Origin: an uncultured delta proteobacterium | Lineage (GTDB): Bacteria > Myxococcota_A > Polyangia > Haliangiales > Haliangiaceae | Assembly (NCBI GenBank): GCA_963848295.1 | Contig: CAWKDB010000010.1 | Span: forward strand, 3,904,001-3,968,000 | Length of the DNA stretch: 64,000 bases | Reading direction: 5' to 3' | Shown here: piece after piece, positions 21,331-32,754 of the stretch | How positions within the stretch are numbered: position 1 is the stretch's first letter | Layout of the letters: every line of letters begins with the position of its first letter | Position numbers and translations under genes: made by a program | The notes under the pieces: generated by a model | What the model saw: only the letters and a program-made list of their open reading frames with translations | The model's database searches: none | Told to the model about the DNA's origin: nothing

Positions 21331-22142
21331 TCTATCGCGACCAGGGCCTGGCTTGCCCCGGTTGCGGCGATCCGCTGCGCGAGTTCGCCGATCGGCTCGT
21401 GTGCGACGCGTGCGGCGGCATGTTGATCCGCGTCGAGGACTTCGCGCGTGCGCTCGCGGGCGTCGGCGGGCTCGAGCTCCGCGTCGTCCCGGATTCCGTG
21501 ACCCAGCGCGCGTGTCCGCGCTGCGCGACGCTGTTGCGATCGTGTCGCGTGTTCGCCGGCGCCGACTCGATCGATGAAGACATCCTGGGCTGCGTGCATC
21601 ACGGCCTGTGGTTCGCCGGCGGCATGCTCGAGTCGGTGTTCGAGCAACGCGGCCGTGCAGCGCATCGCGGCGCCGGCACGACCCGTGGCTTCAATCGCGG
21701 CGGTTTCGCGAGCGCGAGCGACAGCCTCGGCATTCGCAAGTGGTGGGACAAGCCGCGGCCCACCCGACACACGCCGTTCGAGAGCTCGCTCGTCGGGCAT
21801 CTGCTCGCGTGTCCGACATGCCGCGACCCGCTCTCACTGCAAGGCATGCTGTGGAAGTGCCGCGACCACGGCGTGTTCGTCGAGAACGCCGCGCTCGCCG
21901 CGCTGATCATGGAGATGGCGCAGCAGCCGTGGGACGTGCCGCCGGTCGTGGGCAAGCTCGGCGAGCGCTGTTGCCCGGCGTGCTCGGAGCTGTTCGTCGT
22001 CGAAGACTTCGAGGGTGTGCGCGTCGATCGCTGCGCCGCGCACGGCTTCTGGTTCGAGCCGTCGACGCTCGAAGCGGCGCTCGCGCACGCCGGCGCCGCG
22101 GCGCGCCCCGAACCCAGCTGGCTGCGCCGGTTCTTCGGCTAG
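21327..22142 (+). CDS. Tandem zf-TFIIB-like zinc-ribbon protein
   Basis: Repeated CPxC...CxxHG(L/V/F)(W/F) modules; ATGA overlap with thioesterase. Confidence 0.75.
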   Translation: MIYRDQGLACPGCGDPLREFADRLVCDACGGMLIRVEDFARALAGVGGLELRVVPDSVTQRACPRCATLLRSCRVFAGADSIDEDILGCVHHGLWFAGGMLESVFEQRGRAAHRGAGTTRGFNRGGFASASDSLGIRKWWDKPRPTRHTPFESSLVGHLLACPTCRDPLSLQGMLWKCRDHGVFVENAALAALIMEMAQQPWDVPPVVGKLGERCCPACSELFVVEDFEGVRVDRCAAHGFWFEPSTLEAALAHAGAAARPEPSWLRRFFG

Positions 22143-22157
22143 GTCTTCTGCGTTAGG

Positions 22158-22862
22158 TCAGGCTTCGAGCGCGACCGTGATCGCCCTGGCGAGCGCGGCG
22201 GGCTGCTCGAGCGTCGGGTCGTGGCCGCAGTCTGCGATCAGCGCGCGATGCGCGCCGGGCAACGACCGCGCGAGCTGCGCGTAGGCGGTATCGTCGGCGC
22301 CGGCGAGCCACGCGATGCGATGCGCGAGCGCCGGCAGCGCGGGGCGATAGTCCGGCATCGCGCCGGTGCCCATGACCTCGAGACAACGCGCGAGCTGCTC
22401 GGGATCGAGCGCGAGCCGCCGAGCGCGCCGTGCGGCGAGTTGGTCCGCGGCGACTCGGCGCTGGCTCGCGAACAACGGCTGCGCGGTCCACGCGTCGGCG
22501 AACTCGGCGATCCCGCGCGCGCGCAGCCCCGCGGCCCAGCGGGCGTCGTTCGCGATCCGCGCCGGGCGCTCGCCACCAGCGATCCCCGGGTTGCAGCCGA
22601 TCAGCACCGCCCGCAAGCTCGCACCCGCGGCGAGCACTCCGAGCGCGACCCGCGCACCGAACGAGTAGCCGACGACCGCGTCGCAGCCGACCAGCGCGTC
22701 GTTCACCACGGCGAGATTGTCGGCCCAGGTCGCGCGCACCGGGCCACCGCCGTGGCCGGGCAGCGCGATCGCGCGCGCTTCGATCGCGGCGGGCAGGCGA
22801 GCGATGACCGCATCCCAAGCGGACGGATCGCCGGCGAAGCCGTGCAGCAACGCGCACTTCAT
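22158..22862 (-). CDS. Alpha/beta hydrolase, MenH-like
   Basis: LLHGFAG, LPGHG, GYSFGAR nucleophile, W.AQPLFASQ, CGH. Confidence 0.8.
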   Translation of the reverse strand: MKCALLHGFAGDPSAWDAVIARLPAAIEARAIALPGHGGGPVRATWADNLAVVNDALVGCDAVVGYSFGARVALGVLAAGASLRAVLIGCNPGIAGGERPARIANDARWAAGLRARGIAEFADAWTAQPLFASQRRVAADQLAARRARRLALDPEQLARCLEVMGTGAMPDYRPALPALAHRIAWLAGADDTAYAQLARSLPGAHRALIADCGHDPTLEQPAALARAITVALEA

Positions 22863-22891
22863 GCGGCGCGAAGCTACCCCGTCTAGGACGC

Positions 22892-23497
22892 TCAGAGCGT
22901 CGTGATCTGCGGCGCGAGCACGAGCTTGACGAACTCCTCGCGGGTCGCCAACGACTCGAGGAACACGCCGCGCACACCACTGGTGACGAGCCGAGCTTCG
23001 TGCGCCCCGACACCTCGCGCCGCCATACACATGTGCAAGCCCTCGACGTAGACCGCGGAGCCGGCACTCTGCAGCTGGACGTGCAGGATGTCGGCGAGCT
23101 CGTGCGTGAGGTCTTCTTGCAAGCGCGGCGCGCGCGCGACGAGCTTGGCGATCCGCGTCAGCTTCGACAGCCCGAGCACCTTGTGCGTCGGGATGTACGC
23201 CATCGAGATGCGATAGATCACCGGCAGCAAATGGTGCGGGCACACTCCGAACGCGGTGTTGTGCTTCGAGATCACCATCTCGGTGTACTTCGCGGGGAAC
23301 GTCTTCGCTAACAGCGCGTCGATCTCGGTCTGCACGTGTTTTTCGTCGTGGATCAGCTCGTGGAGCGCCTTCGCCGCGCGCTTCGCGGTGTCGGTGAAGT
23401 TCTCGTCCGCGGCGTCATAGCCGAGCTGCGCGATGCCCTTGAGGATCGACTCGTAGCCGGTCGTGAAGAGCGAGAGGGCTTTGGGGTCGAGCTCCAT
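22892..23497 (-). CDS. folE: GTP cyclohydrolase I
   Basis: CPHHLLP, GLSKL.R, RLQEDLT, HMCMAARGV. Confidence 0.93.
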   Translation of the reverse strand: MELDPKALSLFTTGYESILKGIAQLGYDAADENFTDTAKRAAKALHELIHDEKHVQTEIDALLAKTFPAKYTEMVISKHNTAFGVCPHHLLPVIYRISMAYIPTHKVLGLSKLTRIAKLVARAPRLQEDLTHELADILHVQLQSAGSAVYVEGLHMCMAARGVGAHEARLVTSGVRGVFLESLATREEFVKLVLAPQITTL

Positions 23498-24834
23498 GGC
23501 GAGTCCTTGTACTTGGCGAGGATGGCGGTGGTCGCGGCCGCGACGCCGAGCTCACCCGCCGAGGTGATCGCGACCCGCGCGAACGCGTCGTAGCTCGGAT
23601 CAGCGCGATCGACAAGTCGGGCGGACGCCCGACGCGTAGCGCCGCCGGAGGCGGGGCGGAGTAGATCGACAAGTCGGGCGGACGCCCGACGCGTAGCGCC
23701 GCCGGAGGCGGGGCGGAGTAGATCGACAAGTCGGGCGGACGCCCGACGCGTAGCGCCGCCGGAGGCGGGGCGGAGTAGATCGACAAGTCGGGCGGACGCC
23801 CGACGCGTAGCGCCGCCGGAGGCGGGGCGGAGTAGATCGACAAGTCGGGCGGACGCCCGACGCGTAGCGCCGCCGGAGGCGGGGCGGAGTAGATCGACAA
23901 GTCGGGGCGGCATCACGGCGCGAAAAACCGCCACGCGCAATCGCCGGTGCGTGAGCGTCTGATCGTGGAACGCCACAGGCTCGCGATCGACGGCCGTGAC
24001 GCCGAGTCGGCGCGCGATCTCCAGTCGGTCGTCGGACTGCGGCAGCTCCCACAAGCCACCGAACAGCCCGTTCGGCGCTCGCCGAGCGAGCACGATCTCG
24101 CCCGCGTGCTCGAGCCACAACGCCGCGCGCGACAGGATCGGCAACTCGCTATGCTTGCGCCGCTTCGCGACGACCGGAAGCTGGCTCTGGCGCCCGGTGC
24201 GGCGCGCCGCGCACGAGCTCGCGATCGGACACGCGCCGCAGCTCGGCGAGGCCTTGCTGCACGTGGTCGCGCCGAGCTCCATCAGGCCTTGGTTGAGATC
24301 GCCGGGTGCCGCCGTCGCGGGCAAGGCCGCCATCAGCTCGCCGGCGCGTCGCCACAGCTCGCGCTGACCGCGCGTCGACTTGATGTCGTCGGTGATCGCG
24401 TAGACCCGCGCCAGCACGCGCGCGACGTTGCCGTCGACGAGGGGCGTGCGCTCGCCGAACGCGATCGACGCGATCGCACCCGCGGTGTACGCGCCGATGC
24501 CCGGGACCGCGCGCAGCTCGGAGGCGCGTCGCGGCAATCCGGTGCGAAACGCCTTCGCGCCGGCGTGGAGGTTGCGCGCGCGCGAGTAGTAGCCCAGGCC
24601 CGCCCACGCGGCGAGCACGTCGTCGAGCGGCGCGGTCGCGAGCGCGCCGAGCGTCGGGAACGCGGCCATCCAGCGCCGCCAGTACGGCACGACGGTCTCG
24701 ACCCGCGTCTGTTGCAGCATGACCTCGCTGACCCAGATCGCGTACGGATCACGCGTGCGCCGCCACGGCAGGTCGCGACGAACGCGTTGGAAATGCGCGA
24801 CGACGGCGGTCGCGATCTCTACAGCGGGCGGCAC
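23353..24834 (-). CDS. mutY: A/G-specific adenine glycosylase with in-frame repeat insertion
   Basis: RDLPWRRTRDPYAIWVSEVMLQQT, GLGYYSRARNL, PGIGAYTA, VDGNVARV, four-Cys Fe-S motif, GLWELP. Confidence 0.93.
   Translation of the reverse strand: MPPAVEIATAVVAHFQRVRRDLPWRRTRDPYAIWVSEVMLQQTRVETVVPYWRRWMAAFPTLGALATAPLDDVLAAWAGLGYYSRARNLHAGAKAFRTGLPRRASELRAVPGIGAYTAGAIASIAFGERTPLVDGNVARVLARVYAITDDIKSTRGQRELWRRAGELMAALPATAAPGDLNQGLMELGATTCSKASPSCGACPIASSCAARRTGRQSQLPVVAKRRKHSELPILSRAALWLEHAGEIVLARRAPNGLFGGLWELPQSDDRLEIARRLGVTAVDREPVAFHDQTLTHRRLRVAVFRAVMPPRLVDLLRPASGGATRRASARLVDLLRPASGGATRRASARLVDLLRPASGGATRRASARLVDLLRPASGGATRRASARLVDLLRPASGGATRRASARLVDRADPSYDAFARVAITSAGELGVAAATTAILAKYKDSPWSSTPKPSRSSRPATSRSSRASRSSAMTPRTRTSPTPRSARRRRSTS
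23607..23906. repeat. Five identical 57-bp tandem repeats plus 15-bp partial, in frame in mutY
   Basis: Unit GATCGACAAGTCGGGCGGACGCCCGACGCGTAGCGCCGCCGGAGGCGGGGCGGAGTA starts at 23607, 23664, 23721, 23778, 23835; partial at 23892. Confidence 0.97.
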
Positions 24835-24881
24835 GCCCGCACCGTATCAGTTGCCCCAGGGGACTCTTTCGCCGTAGGGAT

Positions 24882-24911
24882 CAACGCGTCCTTGCTGCGC
24901 CGGACGCGTTG
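24882..24911. terminator. Hairpin just downstream of the 24926-25684 gene
   Basis: CAACGCGTCC-10 nt-GGACGCGTTG perfect 10-bp stem; no U tract. Confidence 0.4.
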
Positions 24912-24925
24912 TCGATCGATCCGGC

Positions 24926-25684
24926 TCAATTGTACAAGTGGATCATCGCGAACACTTGCGGATCCCACTGCAATGCGAACGCGGTGGTCGACGACGTCAT
25001 ATCGTCCGCTCCGGGCACCTGCATGTCCGACTTCGTGTAGGTCAGCAGCGCGTTCGTCGCTGACAGGCTGACCTGGAGATGTTGCGACAGCCAATAGCCG
25101 ACCGCGACGCCGTAGCCGATCGCGATGGTCGTCGTGGTGGTGTTGTTGTTGTCGCCGTCGGGGTCGACCGTCTGCGTGTCGAACGACAAGCTGCCGAGCA
25201 ACTCGAGGTCGGTGTGCTTGTGCTTGATGATCGGGAACCGGACGAGCGCGCCCAAGCCGAGCTCGGTCGTCGCGTCGGTCGCCGTCGGGGCACCGGTGCC
25301 GGTGTCGGTCGTCGTCGACGAATGCGCGAGGCGAAGGAACGGTTCGAACTCGAGGCCGCTCACCAGTCGAACCCGAACGCTCGCGATATCCGGGGTCTCG
25401 AGAGACGTCGTCCCGTTGATGTTGTAGCCGGCACCGATCGCGATCGCGAGACTCTGCGGTCGGTCGGCGAGCGGCTCGGCAGGCGCGGACGGCTGTACGG
25501 GAGCCGGTGCTGGAGCCGGAGCCGGCGCGGGAGCCGGCGCAGGTGCAGGCGTCGGTGCGGGCGCCGGGTGCCCCATCGCCGGAGTCGGCGGCAGCTCGTC
25601 GTCGCCCGGTGCGGGTTGTGCTCTGGCCACGCGAGTGGCGCCGAGCGCGAGTGGGATCGTCAGCGCCAGTGTCGAATACCTCAT
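24926..25684 (-). CDS. Outer membrane beta-barrel protein with Pro-Ala linker
   Basis: Signal peptide, (PA)n tract, alternating beta strands, aromatic C-terminus. Confidence 0.72.
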   Translation of the reverse strand: MRYSTLALTIPLALGATRVARAQPAPGDDELPPTPAMGHPAPAPTPAPAPAPAPAPAPAPAPVQPSAPAEPLADRPQSLAIAIGAGYNINGTTSLETPDIASVRVRLVSGLEFEPFLRLAHSSTTTDTGTGAPTATDATTELGLGALVRFPIIKHKHTDLELLGSLSFDTQTVDPDGDNNNTTTTTIAIGYGVAVGYWLSQHLQVSLSATNALLTYTKSDMQVPGADDMTSSTTAFALQWDPQVFAMIHLYN

Positions 25685-25697
25685 CTACAGTTCTCCT

Positions 25698-25967
25698 TTA
25701 GGGCTGCTGCTGCTGCTGGAAGCAAAGGGGGGTGCACTCGTTCTCCATCGCGGCGCAGGCGCGCTCGTTATCGAAGACGCACTCGACGCACGCGGTAGAT
25801 GCCGAGCCGACCGCGGCGCTGATCTGCGAGGCGCAAGCGGCGTTGCCGGGATCGATGCAGTTGCACAACGAATCGACGACCTCGCCGTTCTCTTGCGCTT
25901 GAGTCGTGCCATGGCACGCCGCGAACGCCGCGCAGACGAATAGGACAGTGCCGACGAATCGCCGCAT
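25698..25967 (-). CDS. Small Cys-rich lipoprotein
   Basis: FAAC lipobox, about 8 further Cys. Confidence 0.55.
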   Translation of the reverse strand: MRRFVGTVLFVCAAFAACHGTTQAQENGEVVDSLCNCIDPGNAACASQISAAVGSASTACVECVFDNERACAAMENECTPLCFQQQQQP

Positions 25968-26021
25968 GGGCAGATCCTCGCTGGGACATCCTGCCCCCGC
26001 AAGTTTTTGTACGCCTAACCG

Positions 26022-26717
26022 CTACATCGCCGCGATTTGCCACACGCGCCACACGACGCCGCCCTGGGGGTCGCGCAGCACGACCACGAGCTGGCCGTCC
26101 TGAGGGTCGCTCGGTAACACGTGCAGGAACGCGTCGTGCTCGTCGTCGTCGTGCATCGTCCCGCACGAGGTCAGCCAGTTCACCTGATCGCTGTGGTCGG
26201 CGGTGATCTCGAGTGGCTCGTCGGTATCGGCCGGGACCGTGAGCGAGTCGGTGGCCGCGCCGACCGCCGAGCCCGCGATCGTGATCGGCCCGAGCACCGG
26301 GTTGTCGGCCGCGTCGCCGAGGTACATCGTCTTGACCGCGTTGAGCGTGATGCCGTTGCTCGGTGCGAACGCGATCCCGAGCACGAGCGGCACCGGCGAG
26401 CCCGGCGGTAACATCATCTGGGTCCGCGCCGCATCGATCACGCCTTCGCTCGGCGCGGTCACGGTCCAGGCGCCCGCCGCGTACACCGGATCGGCGACGC
26501 CGGGAAACGGAATCGCGATCGTGACGCCGATCGGCGCTTCGAGGTCGGTCGGTGCACCACCCGAGTGCGCGAGGAAGCCATCGATCGTCGACGTCGCGCC
26601 CGCGGGAATGTGCGGCGGGGTCGCGCGCACCGCGATGATCCGATCGTGATCGAGCTGCCAGCGTGGATCGACGTCGCCGCAGGCTGCGACCGCGACGAGC
26701 AACGCGAAGCGCTTCAC
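26022..26717 (-). CDS. Hypothetical lipoprotein coupled to TonB-dependent receptor
   Basis: VKRFALLVAVAAC, RIIAVRATPP; GTGA overlap with receptor stop. Confidence 0.72.
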   Translation of the reverse strand: MKRFALLVAVAACGDVDPRWQLDHDRIIAVRATPPHIPAGATSTIDGFLAHSGGAPTDLEAPIGVTIAIPFPGVADPVYAAGAWTVTAPSEGVIDAARTQMMLPPGSPVPLVLGIAFAPSNGITLNAVKTMYLGDAADNPVLGPITIAGSAVGAATDSLTVPADTDEPLEITADHSDQVNWLTSCGTMHDDDEHDAFLHVLPSDPQDGQLVVVLRDPQGGVVWRVWQIAAM

Positions 26718-29077
26718 AGCACGCCTCGCAGGCCGATCGACGGGATGATCGGGATCGACTTGAACGCGGTCTGTTGCGTGTAGTCGTAGCTGTAGAAATA
26801 CGCGGCGACGCTCTGGTCGAGGTAGACGTTCTGGACGTCGAGGAACCAGGTCATGTTGACCGGGCCCCACTTGAAGAAGCGATCGACCCGGATGTCGAGC
26901 TCGTGATGGATCGGCGCGCGCTCCGAGTTGGTCGGGCCGTAGATCGGGATGTACGTGTTCGTGTCGCTGTTGAACACCGAGCCGGTCACCGGCGTGTAGG
27001 GCAGCCCGGAGTAGAGCTGGAAGCGACCGCCGAGCTGCCACTTGCCCTTGCGCCAGCTCAACGCCGCGTTGAGGCTATGCGGTTGGTCGTAGTCGAACAG
27101 CCGTTCGGGATCGCCCGGATGATCGACGCGCGTCGAGTGCGAGTACGAGTACGCGAGCCACGCGAACCACGGGCCCTGGCGGTGGGTCGCGAGCAGCTCG
27201 GCGCCGTACGTCGTGCCGCGGCCGTCGTTGATCAGGCTCTTGCCATCGGCGCCGTAGACGAGCAGGTCGGTGCGATCGGTGTAGTAGAACGAGGTCTGGA
27301 TCCGCGTGCCCTCGCGCGGCTCGTACTCGAGGCCGGTGATCACCTGCGTCGACTTCTCGGGGTGGACGTTGCTCGCCAGGAGCTCGCTCTGGTACTCGGG
27401 CGGCCGGACGTAGCCGCCCGACGACAGTCGAGCGGTCAGGTGCTTCGACAGCTTGATCGCGAGCTCGCCGCGCGGCTGGATCGAGAAGTCGTGGATCCGC
27501 GCGAACTCGTCGACGCGCAAGCCGACCGTGAACTTGATCCGCGGATCGAGCGCGGCCGACAGCGCCATCCACTCCGCGAAGTCCGGCGTCCAGACGATGC
27601 CGTCGAACGTCTCGCTGGTGTCGTTCGGATCATTCCTCGTCGGCGGCGGTTGGCCCTCGCGCACTTCTTGGGGCAGCGCGAGCTGGATGCGATTGCGCGT
27701 GCCGACCGCTTCGCCACCGAACCGCCACGTCACGTGCTCGAGCCCGGCGAGCTCGTCGAACGTGCGCGTGACCTCGCCGCGTCCGGTCAAGCTCGGCGAT
27801 TGCACGTCGACGTGTTGCACCGCGCCGGCCTCGAACTCGAACTCGGGCAGCATCGTCGAGAGCGCGAGGTTCGCCGACCACGGTCCGTCGTGGTACCGCG
27901 CGCCGCCGGTGATCCGGATGAACCGCGTGCGCGTGAAGAACCGCTTGTCGGGGTTCTCGGTCTTGTCCGCGTAGAGCTCGAGCTGGTCGTCGGAGCCCAC
28001 GCTCGACAGCCGCAGGTCCCAGTGACTCGACAGCTTGTGATCGATGCGCAGCTGCTCGTCGTAGTACGCCGGCACTTCGGTCAACGACAGATCCGCGCTC
28101 GCCGGAATCAGATAGGGAAAGATCTGATCGATGATGGAGCGCCGGAACGCGACGAGGTAGTGCGTGTCGCCACCCTGCGCCGACCCTTGCGCGATCACGC
28201 CGCCATCGATCACCGAGACTTCAGCCTGCTCGCTGATCTTGTCCGAGCCGGGCCGCGTCGTGAGGTTGACGATGCCGGAGGCCGCGCGCCCGAACGCGAC
28301 GTCGAAGCCGCCCGGGATGTAGTCGAGCTTCTCGATCGACTCGGCCGGGATGATCGAGCGGAAGCCGATGTCATGGTAGAGCGTCGGCACTTCAAAATCG
28401 TCGACGAGGATCTTGGAGTCCTGGGGTGACGAACCGCGGATCACGACACCGCTGTAGCCGATCGGCAGCTGGAAGTTGACGACGCCCGGCATCGCGGTCA
28501 GCGTGCGCACGACATCGTTGCCGGTGCCGGGGATCCGCTGGAGCTCTTCACGATCGAGCTTTGCAGCGCCCGGTGCCTCGGGAGGGGCCTCACCTTTGAC
28601 CTCGATCGTCTCGCCGGCCTGCTTCTCGGTGAGCATCACGATGTCATCGATGATCGGGCCGCTCGCGATCCCGAGCGCGGTCTCGAAGCCTGGAGCGTTG
28701 ATGATGATCGTCGAGCCGATCGGTGTGTCGACGAGCTGGAACCGACCGAGCCGATCCGTGACGACGATCGAGACGCTGCCTTCGAGCTGGACCAGCGCGC
28801 CGCGGAGCGGGTGCCCGGTCGAGTCGATGATCCGACCTGACACCGTGACCTTGGCCGGCGCAGGTGCAGGTGTCGGCGCTGGCGGAGTCGCGGGACCCGC
28901 CGCGGGTGCAGGTGGAGTCGCAGGGGCCGGCGCAGGTGCGGGCTCCGCCGGCGGCGCGGTGGGCTTTTGCTCCGGTGGCGTCGTGGGAGCGGGCTGCGCC
29001 TGCACCGCGCGCGACCAAATCGCGACAGTCACGCCAGCAACAACGAATACGCGCACGAGCGCGCTAGGCGTCAGCAA
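26714..29077 (-). CDS. TonB-dependent receptor
   Basis: Carboxypeptidase-like N domain, plug (IPGTGND..MPGV, IRGS), barrel ending PIIPSIGLRGVL. Confidence 0.9.
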   Translation of the reverse strand: MLTPSALVRVFVVAGVTVAIWSRAVQAQPAPTTPPEQKPTAPPAEPAPAPAPATPPAPAAGPATPPAPTPAPAPAKVTVSGRIIDSTGHPLRGALVQLEGSVSIVVTDRLGRFQLVDTPIGSTIIINAPGFETALGIASGPIIDDIVMLTEKQAGETIEVKGEAPPEAPGAAKLDREELQRIPGTGNDVVRTLTAMPGVVNFQLPIGYSGVVIRGSSPQDSKILVDDFEVPTLYHDIGFRSIIPAESIEKLDYIPGGFDVAFGRAASGIVNLTTRPGSDKISEQAEVSVIDGGVIAQGSAQGGDTHYLVAFRRSIIDQIFPYLIPASADLSLTEVPAYYDEQLRIDHKLSSHWDLRLSSVGSDDQLELYADKTENPDKRFFTRTRFIRITGGARYHDGPWSANLALSTMLPEFEFEAGAVQHVDVQSPSLTGRGEVTRTFDELAGLEHVTWRFGGEAVGTRNRIQLALPQEVREGQPPPTRNDPNDTSETFDGIVWTPDFAEWMALSAALDPRIKFTVGLRVDEFARIHDFSIQPRGELAIKLSKHLTARLSSGGYVRPPEYQSELLASNVHPEKSTQVITGLEYEPREGTRIQTSFYYTDRTDLLVYGADGKSLINDGRGTTYGAELLATHRQGPWFAWLAYSYSHSTRVDHPGDPERLFDYDQPHSLNAALSWRKGKWQLGGRFQLYSGLPYTPVTGSVFNSDTNTYIPIYGPTNSERAPIHHELDIRVDRFFKWGPVNMTWFLDVQNVYLDQSVAAYFYSYDYTQQTAFKSIPIIPSIGLRGVL

Positions 29078-29286
29078 CCGCCGTGCCTGATCGAACGGCG
29101 TCGCCAGCCCATTTGGGCGGGTCCGGTCTGCGTAGATCTCCGACAGGTGCTGGCTTTCTGTCCACGTTCGCGATCGTGTGCGGACGCGGGCAGGCTAACA
29201 GCCCGGTCGTGCCATTGCCGTCGGACGGGACTCAATCATCACTGCGGCGCAACGCCGCGGGGGCGATCTCGCGCCGAAAATGCGAA

Positions 29287-29309
29287 GGGGCCCCACGAAC
29301 GGGCCCCTC
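29287..29309 (-). terminator. Intrinsic terminator after groEL
   Basis: AGGGGCCC/GGGCCCCT stem followed on the minus strand by a short T run. Confidence 0.6.
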
Positions 29310-29341
29310 GCGTACTCGACGCTAGTCGAGATCAGTCGTCC

Positions 29342-30978
<1,637 letters not shown>

Positions 30979-31022
30979 GGCTGTTGGTTCCTTGCGTGTG
31001 AGAGTGCGTGTGAAAGTCGGGG

Positions 31023-31310
31023 TTAGTCGAGAACGGCGAGGAGATCTTCTTCACGAAGGATCAGGTGCTCTTCGCCGTCGATCTTGATGTCCGAGCCGCT
31101 GTACTTGCTGAACAGCACGCGGTCACCCGCCTTGACGTCGAGCGGGATCAACTTCCCGTTCTTGTCATGCTTGCCAGCGCCAACGGCGATGACCTTGGCC
31201 TGGACCGGCTTCTCTTTCGCCGAGTCGGGAATGAACAGGCCACCAGAGGTCTTGGTCTCTTCATCGAGACGCTTGACCAAGATACGATCGTGCAACGGAC
31301 GGATTTTCAT
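31023..31310 (-). CDS. groES: Co-chaperonin GroES
   Basis: [29 protein letters not shown]. Confidence 0.96.
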   Translation of the reverse strand: MKIRPLHDRILVKRLDEETKTSGGLFIPDSAKEKPVQAKVIAVGAGKHDKNGKLIPLDVKAGDRVLFSKYSGSDIKIDGEEHLILREEDLLAVLD

Positions 31311-31366
31311 CGGTGCTCTCCCAGAAAATGATTTCTCGCAGCTACCTTTAGCCACCGTTGGCGGCT

Positions 31367-31393
31367 TTGGCAACCCCTGGTGGCGAGTGCTAA
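31367..31393 (-). promoter_or_regulatory. CIRCE element (HrcA operator)
   Basis: Minus strand TTAGCACTC-N9-GGTTGCCAA versus consensus TTAGCACTC-N9-GAGTGCTAA, upstream of groES. Confidence 0.85.
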
Positions 31394-31490
31394 CAGCTAG
31401 CCGTATTTAGTAATGATTGTAATATATTGCGATTGATGAAACACGTCGTGCGGCGGCCGGTGATGGGCTCGTGGTAAATCGGCGACGCAG

Positions 31491-32195
31491 ATGGCGCTGA
31501 CCGACTACGAAAAGTACATCCGCACCGAAGAGCTGCTGTCGCTGCAGAAGTCGCCCGAGGCGATGACGTGTCACGACGAGATGCAGTTCCAGATCGTGCA
31601 CCAGGCGCACGAGCTGTACATGAAGCTGATCGACCACGAGCTGCGGTTCGTGTGCGAGCTGCTCGCGGCGGACGAGGTCGCGCGCGCGGTCACGACGCTC
31701 GGCCGGATCGCGCGAGCGCTGCGCGTGCTGCTGCAGTCGATCGAGCTGCTAGACACGATGGCGCCGACCGACTACATGACGATCCGCACCGGACTGGGCC
31801 GTGGCTCGGGCCAGGAGTCGCCGGGGTTTCGCACGCTGTTGAAGCTCCCTGGCGAGATCGTGTGGCCGGCGTTCGCGAGCTTTCTCGAGCGTCGCAAGCT
31901 GACGCTGCGCGAGATCTACGAGCACCCGCATGATCATCACGCGGTGTTTCAACTATGCGAAGGGCTCGTCGAGTACGACCAGCTGCTGCAGATGTGGCGG
32001 CAGCGCCACCTCACGCTGGTCTATCGCATTATCGGCACGGGCACGCCGTCGCTCAAGGGCAAGCACTCGGACCTGCTCGCGCACGGGATGAAGCAGCGGT
32101 TCTTCCCGAAGTTGTGGGACGTCCGCGACGAGGTGTTCGCAGACTGGACCGCGGCCCAGACCGCGAAGGGCAACGATCCTGGCTACCATGGTTAG
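31491..32195 (+). CDS. kynA: Tryptophan 2,3-dioxygenase family protein
   Basis: YEKYI...LLSLQ, HDEMQFQIVHQAHEL, GSGQESPGFR, WRQRH..RIIG, FFPKLW. Confidence 0.88.
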   Translation: MALTDYEKYIRTEELLSLQKSPEAMTCHDEMQFQIVHQAHELYMKLIDHELRFVCELLAADEVARAVTTLGRIARALRVLLQSIELLDTMAPTDYMTIRTGLGRGSGQESPGFRTLLKLPGEIVWPAFASFLERRKLTLREIYEHPHDHHAVFQLCEGLVEYDQLLQMWRQRHLTLVYRIIGTGTPSLKGKHSDLLAHGMKQRFFPKLWDVRDEVFADWTAAQTAKGNDPGYHG

Positions 32196-32754
32196 CGGGC
32201 CTTCCAGCTCGAAGCGCGCGATCGCGCTGACCGCCGCGCTCGCGATCGCGGCGCCGGGCTGCGAGTTCGCGGTCAAGCATCCAGCGATCACGACCGGGAT
32301 CGCGGCGGGAATCGTCGGCTTCGGCGGTTGCGAGCTCGATGCGCAGCGCGCCGGGCCGTGCGCGCTCGCCGGCGGGATCGTCGGAGTCGGGCTCGGCGGG
32401 ATCGCGGCGCTGGTGTTATGGGCGGTCGGCGATCGCAACACCGATCCAGATGCGGCGGCGATTCCGGATCCGAGCACGGGAGAGATCGGAGATGAGCCGG
32501 TGCGCGTGAGGGTGAAGACACAACACGACTTGCCGCCTGATCCGACGGTGGTGGCGCCGAATCCGACGCCGAATCCGAATCCGAATCCGAATCCGAATCC
32601 GAATCCGAATCCGAATCCGAACCCGAACCCGAACCCGAATCCGACGCTGAACCTGAACCCGAACCCGACACCGACGCCGAACCCGAACCCGAACCCGACA
32701 CCGAACCCGAACCCGACGCCGAACCCGACGCCGAACCCGACGCCGAACCCGTAG
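32188..32754 (+). CDS. Hypothetical membrane/lipoprotein with Pro-Asn tail
   Basis: Gly-rich hydrophobic helices followed by (PN/PT)n. Confidence 0.6.
   Translation: MVSGPSSSKRAIALTAALAIAAPGCEFAVKHPAITTGIAAGIVGFGGCELDAQRAGPCALAGGIVGVGLGGIAALVLWAVGDRNTDPDAAAIPDPSTGEIGDEPVRVRVKTQHDLPPDPTVVAPNPTPNPNPNPNPNPNPNPNPNPNPNPNPTLNLNPNPTPTPNPNPNPTPNPNPTPNPTPNPTPNP
32557..32751. repeat. Hexanucleotide microsatellite CCGAAT/CCGAAC/CCGACG
   Basis: About 32 near-tandem hexamers read directly. Confidence 0.9.

Noticed and set aside
23607..23906. CRISPR interpretation of the mutY repeats
   Set aside because: Units are wholly identical with no unique spacers and lie in frame in a gene.
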